This document shows, piece by piece, positions 1 to 6,916 of a DNA stretch of 64,000 nucleotides. The translations under genes were made by a program, and so were the position numbers. The DNA is taken from sequence record OQ885479; one strand, given 5' to 3'. The DNA is from Escherichia phage SUT_E1520. The notes under the pieces were generated by a model. It saw only the letters and a list, made by a program, of their open reading frames with translations. It did no database searches and had not been told where the DNA came from. The stretch's first letter is position 1, and every line of letters starts with the position of its first letter.

Positions 1-876
1 ACGTAGGCGACATGCGTCTAACTCATCCTGGATACGCGCAGTAGTTACACCAGCGATCGCAGTCTGAAGTTCACAGCAACATTCAGCGATCTGACGTTCC
101 AGAGAGTTCTGGTTAGCACACATCTGAGCCTGAACAGCGGCAAACTGGTTATTAGTTTGTAAAGTCTGCTGGAAAGCGATCTGTGCAGAATCAAACTTAT
201 CTTGTGCACGAGCTATCTGGTTAGCTGCGAAAGATTGATCAATCTGGCGAGAAAGATCGAACTGACCCTGAATAACGTTGCGAGTTTCCTGGCAGATCTG
301 ATTAGACAGATTAGCACCTGTACCGTAGATCGTAGTTAGTACAGACTGAGTATCACGGCTCTGGTTTTGGGTTGTCTGGCTAAAACCATTGTTAACTGCG
401 CTTAAAACAGCTCCAGTACCCTGGTTAGCCTCTGTACGAGTAGTGTTGATAGCTGCTAGAATACTAGCGGTATCTTGGTTCTGAAGTACTGCATCAACTG
501 CGGTACCTTCACCAACTACACCACGTCCACCGAATCCACCGAAACCACCGAATCCGCCGGTTAATAGAGCACCGATTAGGATAGCTCCGAATAGTCCCAT
601 ACCTTCACCACCGAAAGCACCTGCGTTTGCTGGGTAACCACCCAGTAGGCCAGGGAAGCCACTAGTGAATACGTTTACTGGTTCTTGCATTTTATGTTTT
701 CCATATTTATGACAATGTTCATCATCGTCATCTTCTTCTTCATCATCGTGTTCACGATGTTTTTCTTCGTAGGCTCTGACCTTCTCCCACTTTTTCTTAT
801 CTGATTCCTCGTGACGGTGCAGTTCTGCTGCAACGCTAGCGACGGTCTCAGGACTCTTAGCTACTTCTTCTGTCAT
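1..876 (-). CDS. hypothetical protein, N-terminal part (gene runs past the window start); acidic stretch and Gly-rich GGFGGFGGFGG segment
   Basis: Open minus-strand frame from ATG at 874-876 (SD GGAGGTG upstream) to position 1 with no stop; not in the ORF track because it is truncated. Confidence 0.5.
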   Translation of the reverse strand, partial: MTEEVAKSPETVASVAAELHRHEESDKKKWEKVRAYEEKHREHDDEEEDDDDEHCHKYGKHKMQEPVNVFTSGFPGLLGGYPANAGAFGGEGMGLFGAILIGALLTGGFGGFGGFGGRGVVGEGTAVDAVLQNQDTASILAAINTTRTEANQGTGAVLSAVNNGFSQTTQNQSRDTQSVLTTIYGTGANLSNQICQETRNVIQGQFDLSRQIDQSFAANQIARAQDKFDSAQIAFQQTLQTNNQFAAVQAQMCANQNSLERQIAECCCELQTAIAGVTTARIQDELDACRLR

Positions 877-1142
877 ATTTTGACACCTCCTAGTATATAG
901 AAAATGTGTGTCTCTTTGATCACTCATCCATAACATATACTTTACACTACCCCAGCGAAAATGTCAAGGGGTCTTTAAAAATTGCCCCCGGATTTTTAGT
1001 GGGGTCACAAATTTTGGTCCTCCCCACTTATCTGCTACCCTTAAGTGCCCTATGATTTTCCTCTAAAAAGTTAAAAAATTTGATTGCTTGAATGCTAAAT
1101 TCTCTGTATAATATATCTATAAATTTGAGAGAGGAACCAAAT

Positions 1143-1661
1143 ATGAATGTTGATGAGCTAACACAGCACCTCTTATCCAGAGGATTTGATACAGATAAAT
1201 ATCATTGCTGGTTAAGTCCGGAAGGATGGCTAACAGTCCCGTTGTATGACTTCTCCGGGATGTTGCGAGGCTATCAGACGTATAATCCTTCTGCTCCAAA
1301 AGGTCATGGTAAGTGTCCCTTTGAAGCTAAATATTTTACTTATTCTACTACCCAGTGTGTATGGGGACTAGAAACTCTCAATGGAGATGAAAAAGTAGTA
1401 TTGATCGCTGAATCTGTATTTAAGGCAGTTGCGCTACATAACGCTGGTTATCCAGCCCTGGCAATGTTAGGTTCTTCTCCAGGAAAAGCGTTATTAAAGC
1501 AACTGAAATTATTACCTTTTAAATTGGTAGCTGTCGGAGACAACGATCCTGCGGGTGAAAAATTTGCTAGAAAATTAAACGGCTTTGTTTCTCCCGTAGA
1601 TGTGGATGAGATGTCTACCGAAAACTTGAAAAATTTTCTTGCTATGAAGCTAAATTTCTAA
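1143..1661 (+). CDS. Toprim-domain protein (primase-like or RNase M5-like fold)
   Basis: ORF track 1092..1661, start moved to the ATG after the conserved early leader GAGAGAGGAACCAAAT; Toprim signature VVLIAES...VAVGDNDPAGEKFARKL. Confidence 0.6.
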   Translation: MNVDELTQHLLSRGFDTDKYHCWLSPEGWLTVPLYDFSGMLRGYQTYNPSAPKGHGKCPFEAKYFTYSTTQCVWGLETLNGDEKVVLIAESVFKAVALHNAGYPALAMLGSSPGKALLKQLKLLPFKLVAVGDNDPAGEKFARKLNGFVSPVDVDEMSTENLKNFLAMKLNF

Positions 1662-1682
1662 TATAATATATCTTATAAATTC

Positions 1683-1771
1683 GGAAGAATAGCATAACGG
1701 TATTGCAGCAGATTGCTAATCTGTCGGTTTGAAATATAGCCTTGTGGGTTCGATTCCCACTTCTTCCGCCA
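1683..1771 (+). tRNA. tRNA-Ser (anticodon GCU), class II with long variable arm
   Basis: Manual fold: acceptor GGAAGAA/TTCTTCC, anticodon loop TTGCTAA, T-loop GGTTCGATTCC, 3-prime CCA encoded. Confidence 0.7.
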
Positions 1772-1777
1772 AATTCT

Positions 1778-1855
1778 GGTTCTCAAGCTCATATGGTATG
1801 AGCACCCGGCTCATAACCGGAAGGTACGTAGGTTCGAATCCTCGGGGAGCCACCA
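1778..1855 (+). tRNA. tRNA with CAU anticodon (Met or Ile2 type)
   Basis: Manual fold: acceptor with two G-U pairs, D-arm GCTCATATGGTATGAGC, anticodon loop CTCATAA, T-loop GGTTCGAATCC, CCA. Confidence 0.55.
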
Positions 1856-2073
1856 ACTTAATTAGGGGATTACAAGTGGAATTATACATAGTTTATGTTG
1901 TATTTATTCAAGATAGAGAATACCCGGATGAATATAAAAAAGGATATAGGTTAGCCAGAGCTACCTCTGAGGCCCAAGCTATGGATAAAGTGGCAGATTA
2001 TATGATTATGGTAGAAAACGTATACTATATCGACTCCCTTGAAGCCTCAAAAGTAATTGACTAAGGAGACTAT

Positions 2074-2259
2074 ATGTCCAAGTTTCAAGAACTCAAGCAA
2101 GAGCTAGAAGAATGTGCCTGCCCTGAGTGTAGGGGAATTGGTGAAAGTTCTGATGCAGAAGCAGGAGATACTTTTTGCAATATCTGGATTTGTTCAAATT
2201 GCAACGGTACAGGTATTAATCCTAACTGCGGTGTTTCCCTAGATATTGAACGAGGATAA
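2074..2259 (+). CDS. small Cys-rich protein (zinc-ribbon-like CPEC...CSNC)
   Basis: ORF track; SD AAGGAGA upstream; two CxxC pairs. Confidence 0.5.
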   Translation: MSKFQELKQELEECACPECRGIGESSDAEAGDTFCNIWICSNCNGTGINPNCGVSLDIERG

Positions 2260-2360
2260 TACCTGTGAAACTAAAAGATTATTATATTGGTTGGTTTGTG
2301 GGACTAGTAGTAGGATTTTCACTAGGCTATAATATGTATCAACTAATAAACTGATTACAT

Positions 2361-2437
2361 GGGGGTGTAATCGAATTGGTATAGGTACTGGACTTAAAAT
2401 TCAGGTTTTGTGGGTTCGAATCCCACCACCCCTACCA
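2361..2437 (+). tRNA. tRNA with UAA anticodon (Leu type) on a short-variable-loop scaffold; atypical
   Basis: Manual fold: acceptor GGGGGTG/CACCCCT, anticodon stem CTGGA/TTCAG, loop CTTAAAA, T-arm GTGGGTTCGAATCCCAC, CCA. Confidence 0.5.
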
Positions 2438-2452
2438 ACTTAAGGAAATAAG

Positions 2453-2620
2453 ATGTATAGACATCCACCTCCGCCAACACGTCGTTCTAGAGAAGTTATC
2501 CTCATGGAATTGACGAAAAACTTCAAGGCAACTCTTGAAGATAGAGATCTAGGCACAGATGAAGACATTGATTTTATTTGTAGACTATTAAACATGAAAC
2601 TGGAGAAACAACATGGCTAA
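2453..2620 (+). CDS. hypothetical small protein (55 aa)
   Basis: ATG after SD AAGGAAATAAG directly downstream of the tRNA; stop overlaps the next gene start; below the track length cutoff. Confidence 0.35.
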   Translation: MYRHPPPPTRRSREVILMELTKNFKATLEDRDLGTDEDIDFICRLLNMKLEKQHG

Positions 2621-2819
2621 TCCCGAAATTACCGCACAACGTTTCATGCTTAAAGGCATGATTGCTGAGGCAGGTATGACTCAAGAGGTTGCAGACTTTC
2701 ATAAGCAATTTCTTGATATTATAACCCTAGCTAAAGAGACAGGAGAAAGAGAACACGGAGCAGCAATTATGGCTATATCTCTTATTAGCCTAGACTTAGC
2801 TGAAGAATCTGGAGTTTAG
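2613..2819 (+). CDS. hypothetical protein
   Basis: ORF track; SD GGAGAAACAAC upstream. Confidence 0.5.
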   Translation: MANPEITAQRFMLKGMIAEAGMTQEVADFHKQFLDIITLAKETGEREHGAAIMAISLISLDLAEESGV

Positions 2820-2849
2820 CTCCTCCAAACAGAATTTTTAAAAATGTAC

Positions 2850-2879
2850 TTGCCTTTTGCTTTAAATTTCTGGTATAAT
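2850..2879 (+). promoter_or_regulatory. T5-type early promoter (-35 TTGCCT, -10 TATAAT, A-rich upstream)
   Basis: Member of a repeated promoter family with conserved leader ATAAATTGATGAAGGAG. Confidence 0.6.
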
Positions 2880-2909
2880 AGTTATATAAATTGATGAAGG
2901 AGTTAACGA

Positions 2910-3185
2910 ATGCAAAATCGTGTTATAGCAACTGGTATTGAAAGTGCAATCTGTAAATCCTGGGAAGGCTGGGAAGGTGAGATTGAATGGCTTTATTTCT
3001 ACGATGTAGAACTTCTGCCGGAAGTTAAAGCTAAATGTATTGAAGCTGGCATGGCTCCAGATGCAAAAGCTGATATTGATATTTCAATGTCTGAACTTAA
3101 AGGTCGTGTAATTACTGTTAGTGATGAGGGCGAAGAAGTTTTCGAACTTCCATTCTCCTTAACTGTCGCTCCTAAGTTCGACTAA
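2910..3185 (+). CDS. hypothetical protein
   Basis: ORF track; promoter and SD upstream. Confidence 0.55.
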   Translation: MQNRVIATGIESAICKSWEGWEGEIEWLYFYDVELLPEVKAKCIEAGMAPDAKADIDISMSELKGRVITVSDEGEEVFELPFSLTVAPKFD

Positions 3186-3221
3186 CTAATACAGCACTGA
3201 GCAAGTTCTTTAAAATTTGAC

Positions 3222-3250
3222 TTGCTCAGTGCCATAAAACTTGATATAAT
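3222..3250 (+). promoter_or_regulatory. T5-type early promoter upstream of the tRNA block; overlaps a 12-bp inverted repeat (3192-3232)
   Basis: TTGCTC-N17-TATAAT; GCACTGAGCAAG / CTTGCTCAGTGC hairpin overlaps the -35. Confidence 0.5.
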
Positions 3251-3313
3251 AGTTATCTAATTTGGAAACATATCTAAAAGTGTTTAAACTAGTATTTGAA
3301 TACTTTTAAATAT

Positions 3314-3404
3314 GTTGGATTAGTATCGTAGAGGTAGCGAAGCAGACTGTAAATCTGCCGACTCGGAAGGGTCTCGGGTGGTTCGACTCCATCATCCAAC
3401 ACCA
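3314..3404 (+). tRNA. tRNA-Tyr (GUA), class II
   Basis: Acceptor GTTGGAT/ATCCAAC, anticodon loop CTGTAAA, long variable arm, T-loop GGTTCGACTCC, CCA. Confidence 0.7.
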
Positions 3405-3411
3405 AATTTAA

Positions 3412-3488
3412 GTCCTGTTAGACAAACTGGTAAAGTCACTACCCTTTCAAGGTAGGATTTGCGGGTTCGATCCCCGCACAGGACGCCA
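3412..3488 (+). tRNA. tRNA-Glu (UUC)
   Basis: Acceptor GTCCTGT/ACAGGAC, anticodon arm CTACC-CTTTCAA-GGTAG, T-arm GCGGGTTCGATCCCCGC, CCA. Confidence 0.75.
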
Positions 3489-3496
3489 ATTCCTGC

Positions 3497-3573
3497 ATTC
3501 CTAGAGTGTTACTGGACAGCATGTCGGTCTCCAAAACCGTACGGTCTAGGTTCGAGTCCTAGTAGGTTTGCCA
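3497..3573 (+). tRNA. tRNA-Trp (CCA); 5-prime boundary uncertain
   Basis: Anticodon loop CTCCAAA, T-arm CTAGGTTCGAGTCCTAG, CCA; acceptor pairing has two mismatches. Confidence 0.5.
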
Positions 3574-3579
3574 AAATTT

Positions 3580-3654
3580 GCACCTTTAGCTGAGATGGAT
3601 TAGCGCTTGCCTGAAGAGCTTGAGAGGTTCGTTCGATACGAACAGGGTGCACCA
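3580..3654 (+). tRNA. tRNA, probable Phe (GAA); unusual T-arm GTTCG-TTCGATA-CGAAC
   Basis: Acceptor GCACCTT/AGGGTGC, loop CTGAAGA, CCA; anticodon stem imperfect. Confidence 0.5.
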
Positions 3655-3656
3655 AA

Positions 3657-3944
3657 TTGAGGGAGCTGCTGATGCATCCTGAAAACTTCTTTATTTACTG
3701 CGCGGATAAGTTGCTGAAACGTAGAATTAACAAAGTCTATCATTATCGTGCTAGTCAACAGCCTTATGTATACGCTTTTGACGGTGATCACATTCCATTA
3801 GAACAATTATCCTGTGATTACATGATATTGAAGAACTTTGACGAGACAAAGATCTCAAGCGTTCATAATCGACAGAATCCCTTAACGTGGAAATATAAGA
3901 AGAAAAAGAAAGGCATCAAATTTTTAAAAAATGTAGTTGCTTAG
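3657..3944 (+). CDS. hypothetical protein (TTG start per track; first ATG at 3672)
   Basis: ORF track; starts immediately after the tRNA. Confidence 0.4.
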   Translation: MRELLMHPENFFIYCADKLLKRRINKVYHYRASQQPYVYAFDGDHIPLEQLSCDYMILKNFDETKISSVHNRQNPLTWKYKKKKKGIKFLKNVVA

Positions 3945-3965
3945 TTTCCAAAAGTTCTGTATAAT
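3937..3965 (+). promoter_or_regulatory. T5-type early promoter
   Basis: TTGCTT-N17-TATAAT followed by the conserved ATAAATTGAACTGGAGAAG leader. Confidence 0.6.
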
Positions 3966-4012
3966 AATTACATAAATTGAACTGGAGAAGCAACATGACA
4001 GAACAAGATAAA

Positions 4013-4088
4013 TCGACCGTTGGCTGAATGGCTTAGGCGAAGGATTGCAAATCCTTTTTATGTGAGTTCAAATCTCATGCGGTCGTCC
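4013..4088 (+). tRNA. tRNA-Cys (GCA)
   Basis: Acceptor CGACCGT/GCGGTCG, anticodon arm AAGGA-TTGCAAA-TCCTT, T-loop GTTCAAATC, CCA. Confidence 0.7.
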
Positions 4089-4230
4089 AATTTGCTGAAA
4101 GAGTTGTTAAATCAATTCAGGCACGCGTAGGAACACTGTCTCCGTAATTGAAAGATGAGGCACGGTTTGGAGAGGTATGCCGCTACACGCTACGGTGCTA
4201 ACTCCGTCTAGGTGAAAATCCTAGTCAGCA
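4089..4230 (+). ncRNA. structured non-coding segment (about 140 nt); T-arm-like hairpin with a non-canonical TGAAAAT loop
   Basis: No ORF; closing helix TTGCTGA / TCAGCAA; CTAGG-TGAAAAT-CCTAG hairpin; does not fold as a standard tRNA. Confidence 0.3.
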
Positions 4231-4241
4231 ATATAAATTTA

Positions 4242-4324
4242 GGGTCGTTAGCCAAGCGGTTTGGCGGTGGACTGTTAATCCATGTCGAAAGACAACGTAG
4301 GTTCGAATCCTACACGGCCCGCCA
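4242..4324 (+). tRNA. tRNA, anticodon GUU (Asn type) with an unusually long 13-nt variable region
   Basis: Acceptor GGGTCGT/ACGGCCC, loop CTGTTAA, T-arm GTAGGTTCGAATCCTAC, CCA. Confidence 0.55.
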
Positions 4325-4426
4325 AATTCTGTGTAGAGTTAAGTAAACCGGTAGCCAACCAGCTATCATTGCTGACATCGAATTCAGTCACAGATACCAT
4401 TTTCATTAATAACTGAGGAAACAAGC

Positions 4427-4612
4427 ATGTCCAAGAATGTAATTGCACAGCTAGAAGTTCATCGTGATAGCACTATCAACAATATTGAAGTTGAGAAGAA
4501 ATACATCGAAGAACTTAAACATGATATACTAGTAAGTCTCAACCGTCTTAATGTACGAAAAAAGTTTCTTAAAGAACTTAATGCAGCTATTGAAAAACTC
4601 AAAGCTGAGTAA
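4427..4612 (+). CDS. hypothetical protein (coiled-coil-like)
   Basis: ORF track; SD GAGGAAACAAGC. Confidence 0.5.
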   Translation: MSKNVIAQLEVHRDSTINNIEVEKKYIEELKHDILVSLNRLNVRKKFLKELNAAIEKLKAE

Positions 4613-4621
4613 ATGAATTAT

Positions 4622-4699
4622 GCGACCGGGGCTGGCTTGGTAATGGTACTCCCCTGTCACGGGAGGGAATGTGGGTTCAAATCCCATCGGTCGCGCCAA
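4622..4699 (+). tRNA. tRNA-Asp (GUC)
   Basis: Acceptor GCGACCG/CGGTCGC, anticodon arm CTCCC-CTGTCAC-GGGAG, T-loop GGTTCAAATCC, CCA. Confidence 0.75.
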
Positions 4700-4724
4700 A
4701 TTAAACTAGTACGAGAAATATGCT

Positions 4725-5072
4725 ATGATTAATGCTAAAGAAGAATTGTTACTTGCCTTAAAGAATATTAATTCTGAAGTTAAGTGTATTAAGATAGAAT
4801 TCGGTTATTATGGGGACAAAGAAGTTTGGGTGTTACCCGTAGGTTATACAGAAAAAGATATTGAAGATTTTCTAAATAATCTAGACTTTAAATATGATTC
4901 TGGTTTCGGTGGGCAATTGCTTTATGGTAACGTGTGGTTTACTGATGGAACTTGGTTAGAACGTGGTGAATACGACGGTTCTGAATGGTGGGAATATAAG
5001 GCTACACCAGCAATCCCAGAAGAATGCCGAACAATTAAGGGTGAAGTAGATAATACTTTACGGTTAAACTAA
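4725..5072 (+). CDS. hypothetical protein
   Basis: ORF track. Confidence 0.55.
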   Translation: MINAKEELLLALKNINSEVKCIKIEFGYYGDKEVWVLPVGYTEKDIEDFLNNLDFKYDSGFGGQLLYGNVWFTDGTWLERGEYDGSEWWEYKATPAIPEECRTIKGEVDNTLRLN

Positions 5073-5079
5073 TAAAATT

Positions 5080-5182
5080 TCAGTGCAGAACACGGAGCTA
5101 GCAATTCGGAAGTGCTGACTCATGATAAGCTGCCTATGTACTTGCGAAGCGGTCGTGTCCAAGACTCGGACTCTTGCACTGA
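5080..5182 (+). ncRNA. structured non-coding element 1 of 3 in tandem (about 100 nt, long closing helix)
   Basis: No ORF; CAGTGCAGA pairs with TCTTGCACTG across about 90 nt. Confidence 0.3.
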
Positions 5183-5203
5183 AAACAATCAAACATTCTA
5201 GCG

Positions 5204-5316
5204 TGGTTGATGGGGAAACCAGCTTGGCGAGGGCAGAAGCTCGTTCGATTCGAGTGAAAGAATGGTTCTCGTAAGTCCGCACAAGTGATAACAGGTTCGA
5301 GTCCTGTCTAGAATGA
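5204..5316 (+). ncRNA. tRNA-like structured element 2 of 3 (about 112 nt): 8-bp acceptor-like helix, D-arm-like and canonical T-arm, no standard anticodon arm
   Basis: CATTCTAG / CTAGAATG closing helix; TGGTT-GATGGGGAA-ACCA; ACAGG-TTCGAGT-CCTGT. Confidence 0.35.
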
Positions 5317-5327
5317 CACTATAAAGT

Positions 5328-5438
5328 TTACTTATTATGTAGGTTCCGATAGATCGGCGGGTCTATTCTGGCACTTAAGAGAGGTCTCGCAAACTTCTTT
5401 GTCAGCCGTGGGGTTGGTAGCCTCCAGGTGGCCTACAC
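5328..5438 (+). ncRNA. structured non-coding element 3 of 3 (about 110 nt)
   Basis: TACTTATTATGTAGG pairs with CCTACACAATAAGTA; no ORF. Confidence 0.3.
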
Positions 5439-5464
5439 AATAAGTAAATTTATTAAAAATTCAT

Positions 5465-5493
5465 TTGCTATTATGCTTAATTCTCTGTATAAT
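5465..5493 (+). promoter_or_regulatory. T5-type early promoter
   Basis: TTGCTA-N17-TATAAT; leader ATAAAGTGTTGAGAAGG. Confidence 0.6.
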
Positions 5494-5525
5494 ATACCTT
5501 ATAAAGTGTTGAGAAGGAAAGCAAA

Positions 5526-5723
5526 ATGAAAAAAGTTTTACTGCTGTCTGTATTCCTACTTACTGGTTGTTTTAAACTTGACTCAACCATTAATAAAGAG
5601 TATGAATTTGCTAAAAATTTCTGTGGCGGAGAGAGTAATATAAAGAATTTCTACATATATAGTACAATTCCTAGTACCGTTTATTGTGTAGACGGACGAA
5701 TTATTAATATTCCTCCACAATAA
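5526..5723 (+). CDS. putative lipoprotein (signal peptide with lipobox LTGC)
   Basis: ORF track; N-terminus MKKVLLLSVFLLTGC. Confidence 0.5.
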   Translation: MKKVLLLSVFLLTGCFKLDSTINKEYEFAKNFCGGESNIKNFYIYSTIPSTVYCVDGRIINIPPQ

Positions 5724-5732
5724 AAGAATTAA

Positions 5733-5808
5733 CAGTGCGTAGCGCAGTTGGTAGCGTGGGAGCCTTGGATGCTTCGGGTCGCAGGTTCGAGTCCTGCCGC
5801 ACTGACCA
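5733..5808 (+). tRNA. tRNA-Pro (UGG)
   Basis: Acceptor CAGTGCG/CGCACTG, D-arm GCGCAGTTGGTAGCGT, loop CTTGGAT, T-arm GCAGGTTCGAGTCCTGC, CCA. Confidence 0.7.
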
Positions 5809-5815
5809 AACAATT

Positions 5816-5892
5816 GCGGGTTAGATCTCTGGTAGAGATCGCTAGTCTCATAAGCTAGAAAGAGGTAGGTTCGATTCCTGCACCCGCTTCCA
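5816..5892 (+). tRNA. tRNA with CAU anticodon (Met or Ile2 type)
   Basis: Anticodon arm CTAGT-CTCATAA-GCTAG, T-loop GGTTCGATTCC, CCA; first acceptor pair imperfect. Confidence 0.55.
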
Positions 5893-5912
5893 TTTTAATA
5901 GAGGATTTCGAA

Positions 5913-6080
5913 ATGAAAGTATTTCGATTAGTAGTAAGTGACAAACGGTTAGGTAAGAATACATCAAAATCCTTACTCGCTCATTATGGTAAAAATTGGG
6001 ATGAAGTAATGGTAGAGTTTAGTACTAATCACCCTTACTTAAAAGTCCACTCTATTAAGGAAGTGTATAATGGTTACTAA
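5913..6080 (+). CDS. hypothetical small protein (55 aa)
   Basis: ATG after SD AGAGGA; below the track cutoff. Confidence 0.35.
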   Translation: MKVFRLVVSDKRLGKNTSKSLLAHYGKNWDEVMVEFSTNHPYLKVHSIKEVYNGY

Positions 6081-6081
6081 T

Positions 6082-6160
6082 AGATCGCTAGCTCAATAGG
6101 TTTAGTAGCATCCGACTTTTAATCGGAAGGTTCTGGGTTCGAGTCCCAGGCGATCTACCA
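6082..6160 (+). tRNA. tRNA-Lys (UUU)
   Basis: Acceptor AGATCGC/GCGATCT, anticodon arm TCCGA-CTTTTAA-TCGGA, T-arm CTGGGTTCGAGTCCCAG, CCA. Confidence 0.7.
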
Positions 6161-6178
6161 ATTTCAAGAAAAACGCAG

Positions 6179-6207
6179 TTGCTTAATGCTTAATTTCTTG
6201 TTATAAT
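6179..6207 (+). promoter_or_regulatory. T5-type early promoter driving a non-coding leader and downstream tRNAs
   Basis: TTGCTT-N17-TATAAT; leader ATAAATTGATGAGGAG but no ORF follows. Confidence 0.6.
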
Positions 6208-6214
6208 ATTTATA

Positions 6215-6445
6215 TAAATTGATGAGGAGAAATCCTCATCATAGTTCACTAAGGTATTAGCTCGACCTAGGACTGGCTGCCAAAAAGCACGATCCCTACG
6301 ATTCGGGAGAAGTTCTAGATTAGTCCACTAGGTTCAGCGGCAACTGAATAGTGTATCGGGTTTGCGAGATGACGCGGTTCCTTCCGCTTGAAGCGAAGGT
6401 GCTGTAGTTACGCCGAGCTAATAGCCTTAGTAAACTAAAGAATTT
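6215..6445 (+). ncRNA. promoter-proximal structured non-coding RNA candidate (about 230 nt) upstream of tRNA-Ala
   Basis: No ORF or tRNA fold; 9-bp long-range helix ATTAGCTCG (6256-6264) with CGAGCTAAT (6414-6422). Confidence 0.35.
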
Positions 6446-6524
6446 GGGGAATGGGTCTGCATGGAGTGGACACCTCGCTTGCACCGAGGACATCAGAACG
6501 GTTCGATTCCGTTATTCTCCACCA
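6446..6524 (+). tRNA. tRNA-Ala (UGC)
   Basis: Acceptor GGGGAAT/ATTCTCC, anticodon arm CCTCG-CTTGCAC-CGAGG, T-arm AACGGTTCGATTCCGTT, CCA. Confidence 0.65.
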
Positions 6525-6529
6525 AACAT

Positions 6530-6606
6530 GCGTGATTGATGGAATTGGCATACATACCGTCCTTAGAAGTCGGGTTTTGAGGGTTCGAATCCCTTGTCAC
6601 GCACCA
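6530..6606 (+). tRNA. tRNA with UAG anticodon (Leu type) on a short-variable-loop scaffold; atypical
   Basis: Acceptor GCGTGAT/GTCACGC, loop CTTAGAA, variable GTTTT, T-arm GAGGGTTCGAATCCCTT, CCA. Confidence 0.5.
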
Positions 6607-6718
6607 AATTTGATGGTCAGAGTAAATTAAACCTACTATCTCGGTTGAGCTGTTTTAATGGGTTCGAATCCCAGCGAGGCGTAACTGCCTGGTGTGATAG
6701 AGGCATCATCTTATTATT
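6607..6718 (+). ncRNA. non-coding segment with an orphan T-arm (GGGTTCGAATCCCAG) and no recognisable acceptor stem
   Basis: Canonical T-loop near 6658-6672 but no complementary 5-prime/3-prime acceptor halves found by hand. Confidence 0.25.
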
Positions 6719-6809
6719 GGAAGAGCAAATCGAATTGGCGACGAAAACCGCTTGGAAAGTGGCTGACTGGTAAAACGGCTTGAGAGTTCAAATCTCTCCT
6801 CTTCCGCCA
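6719..6809 (+). tRNA. tRNA-Ser (GGA), class II
   Basis: Acceptor GGAAGAG/CTCTTCC, loop TTGGAAA, long variable arm, T-arm GAGAGTTCAAATCTCTC, CCA. Confidence 0.6.
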
Positions 6810-6821
6810 AACAATTTATAT

Positions 6822-6916
6822 GGTAGGTCAATCCAATGGCTGGCGCTGGACTCCGACTTGAAATCGGTTGATCGTAGTGATACGGTGTAAGGGTTCGATC
6901 CCCTTACCTACCTCCA
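6822..6916 (+). tRNA. tRNA-Ser (UGA), class II with a very long variable arm (95 nt total)
   Basis: Acceptor GGTAGGT/ACCTACC, anticodon arm CCGA-CTTGAAA-TCGG, T-arm AAGGGTTCGATCCCCTT, CCA. Confidence 0.6.

Noticed and set aside
1729-2064. Track ORF of 111 aa beginning inside the tRNA-Ser and tRNA(CAU) genes
   Set aside because: Its first 40 or so codons are the two tRNA genes read as protein. At most a short downstream ORF may be real (GTG at 1876, low confidence), so I did not list it.
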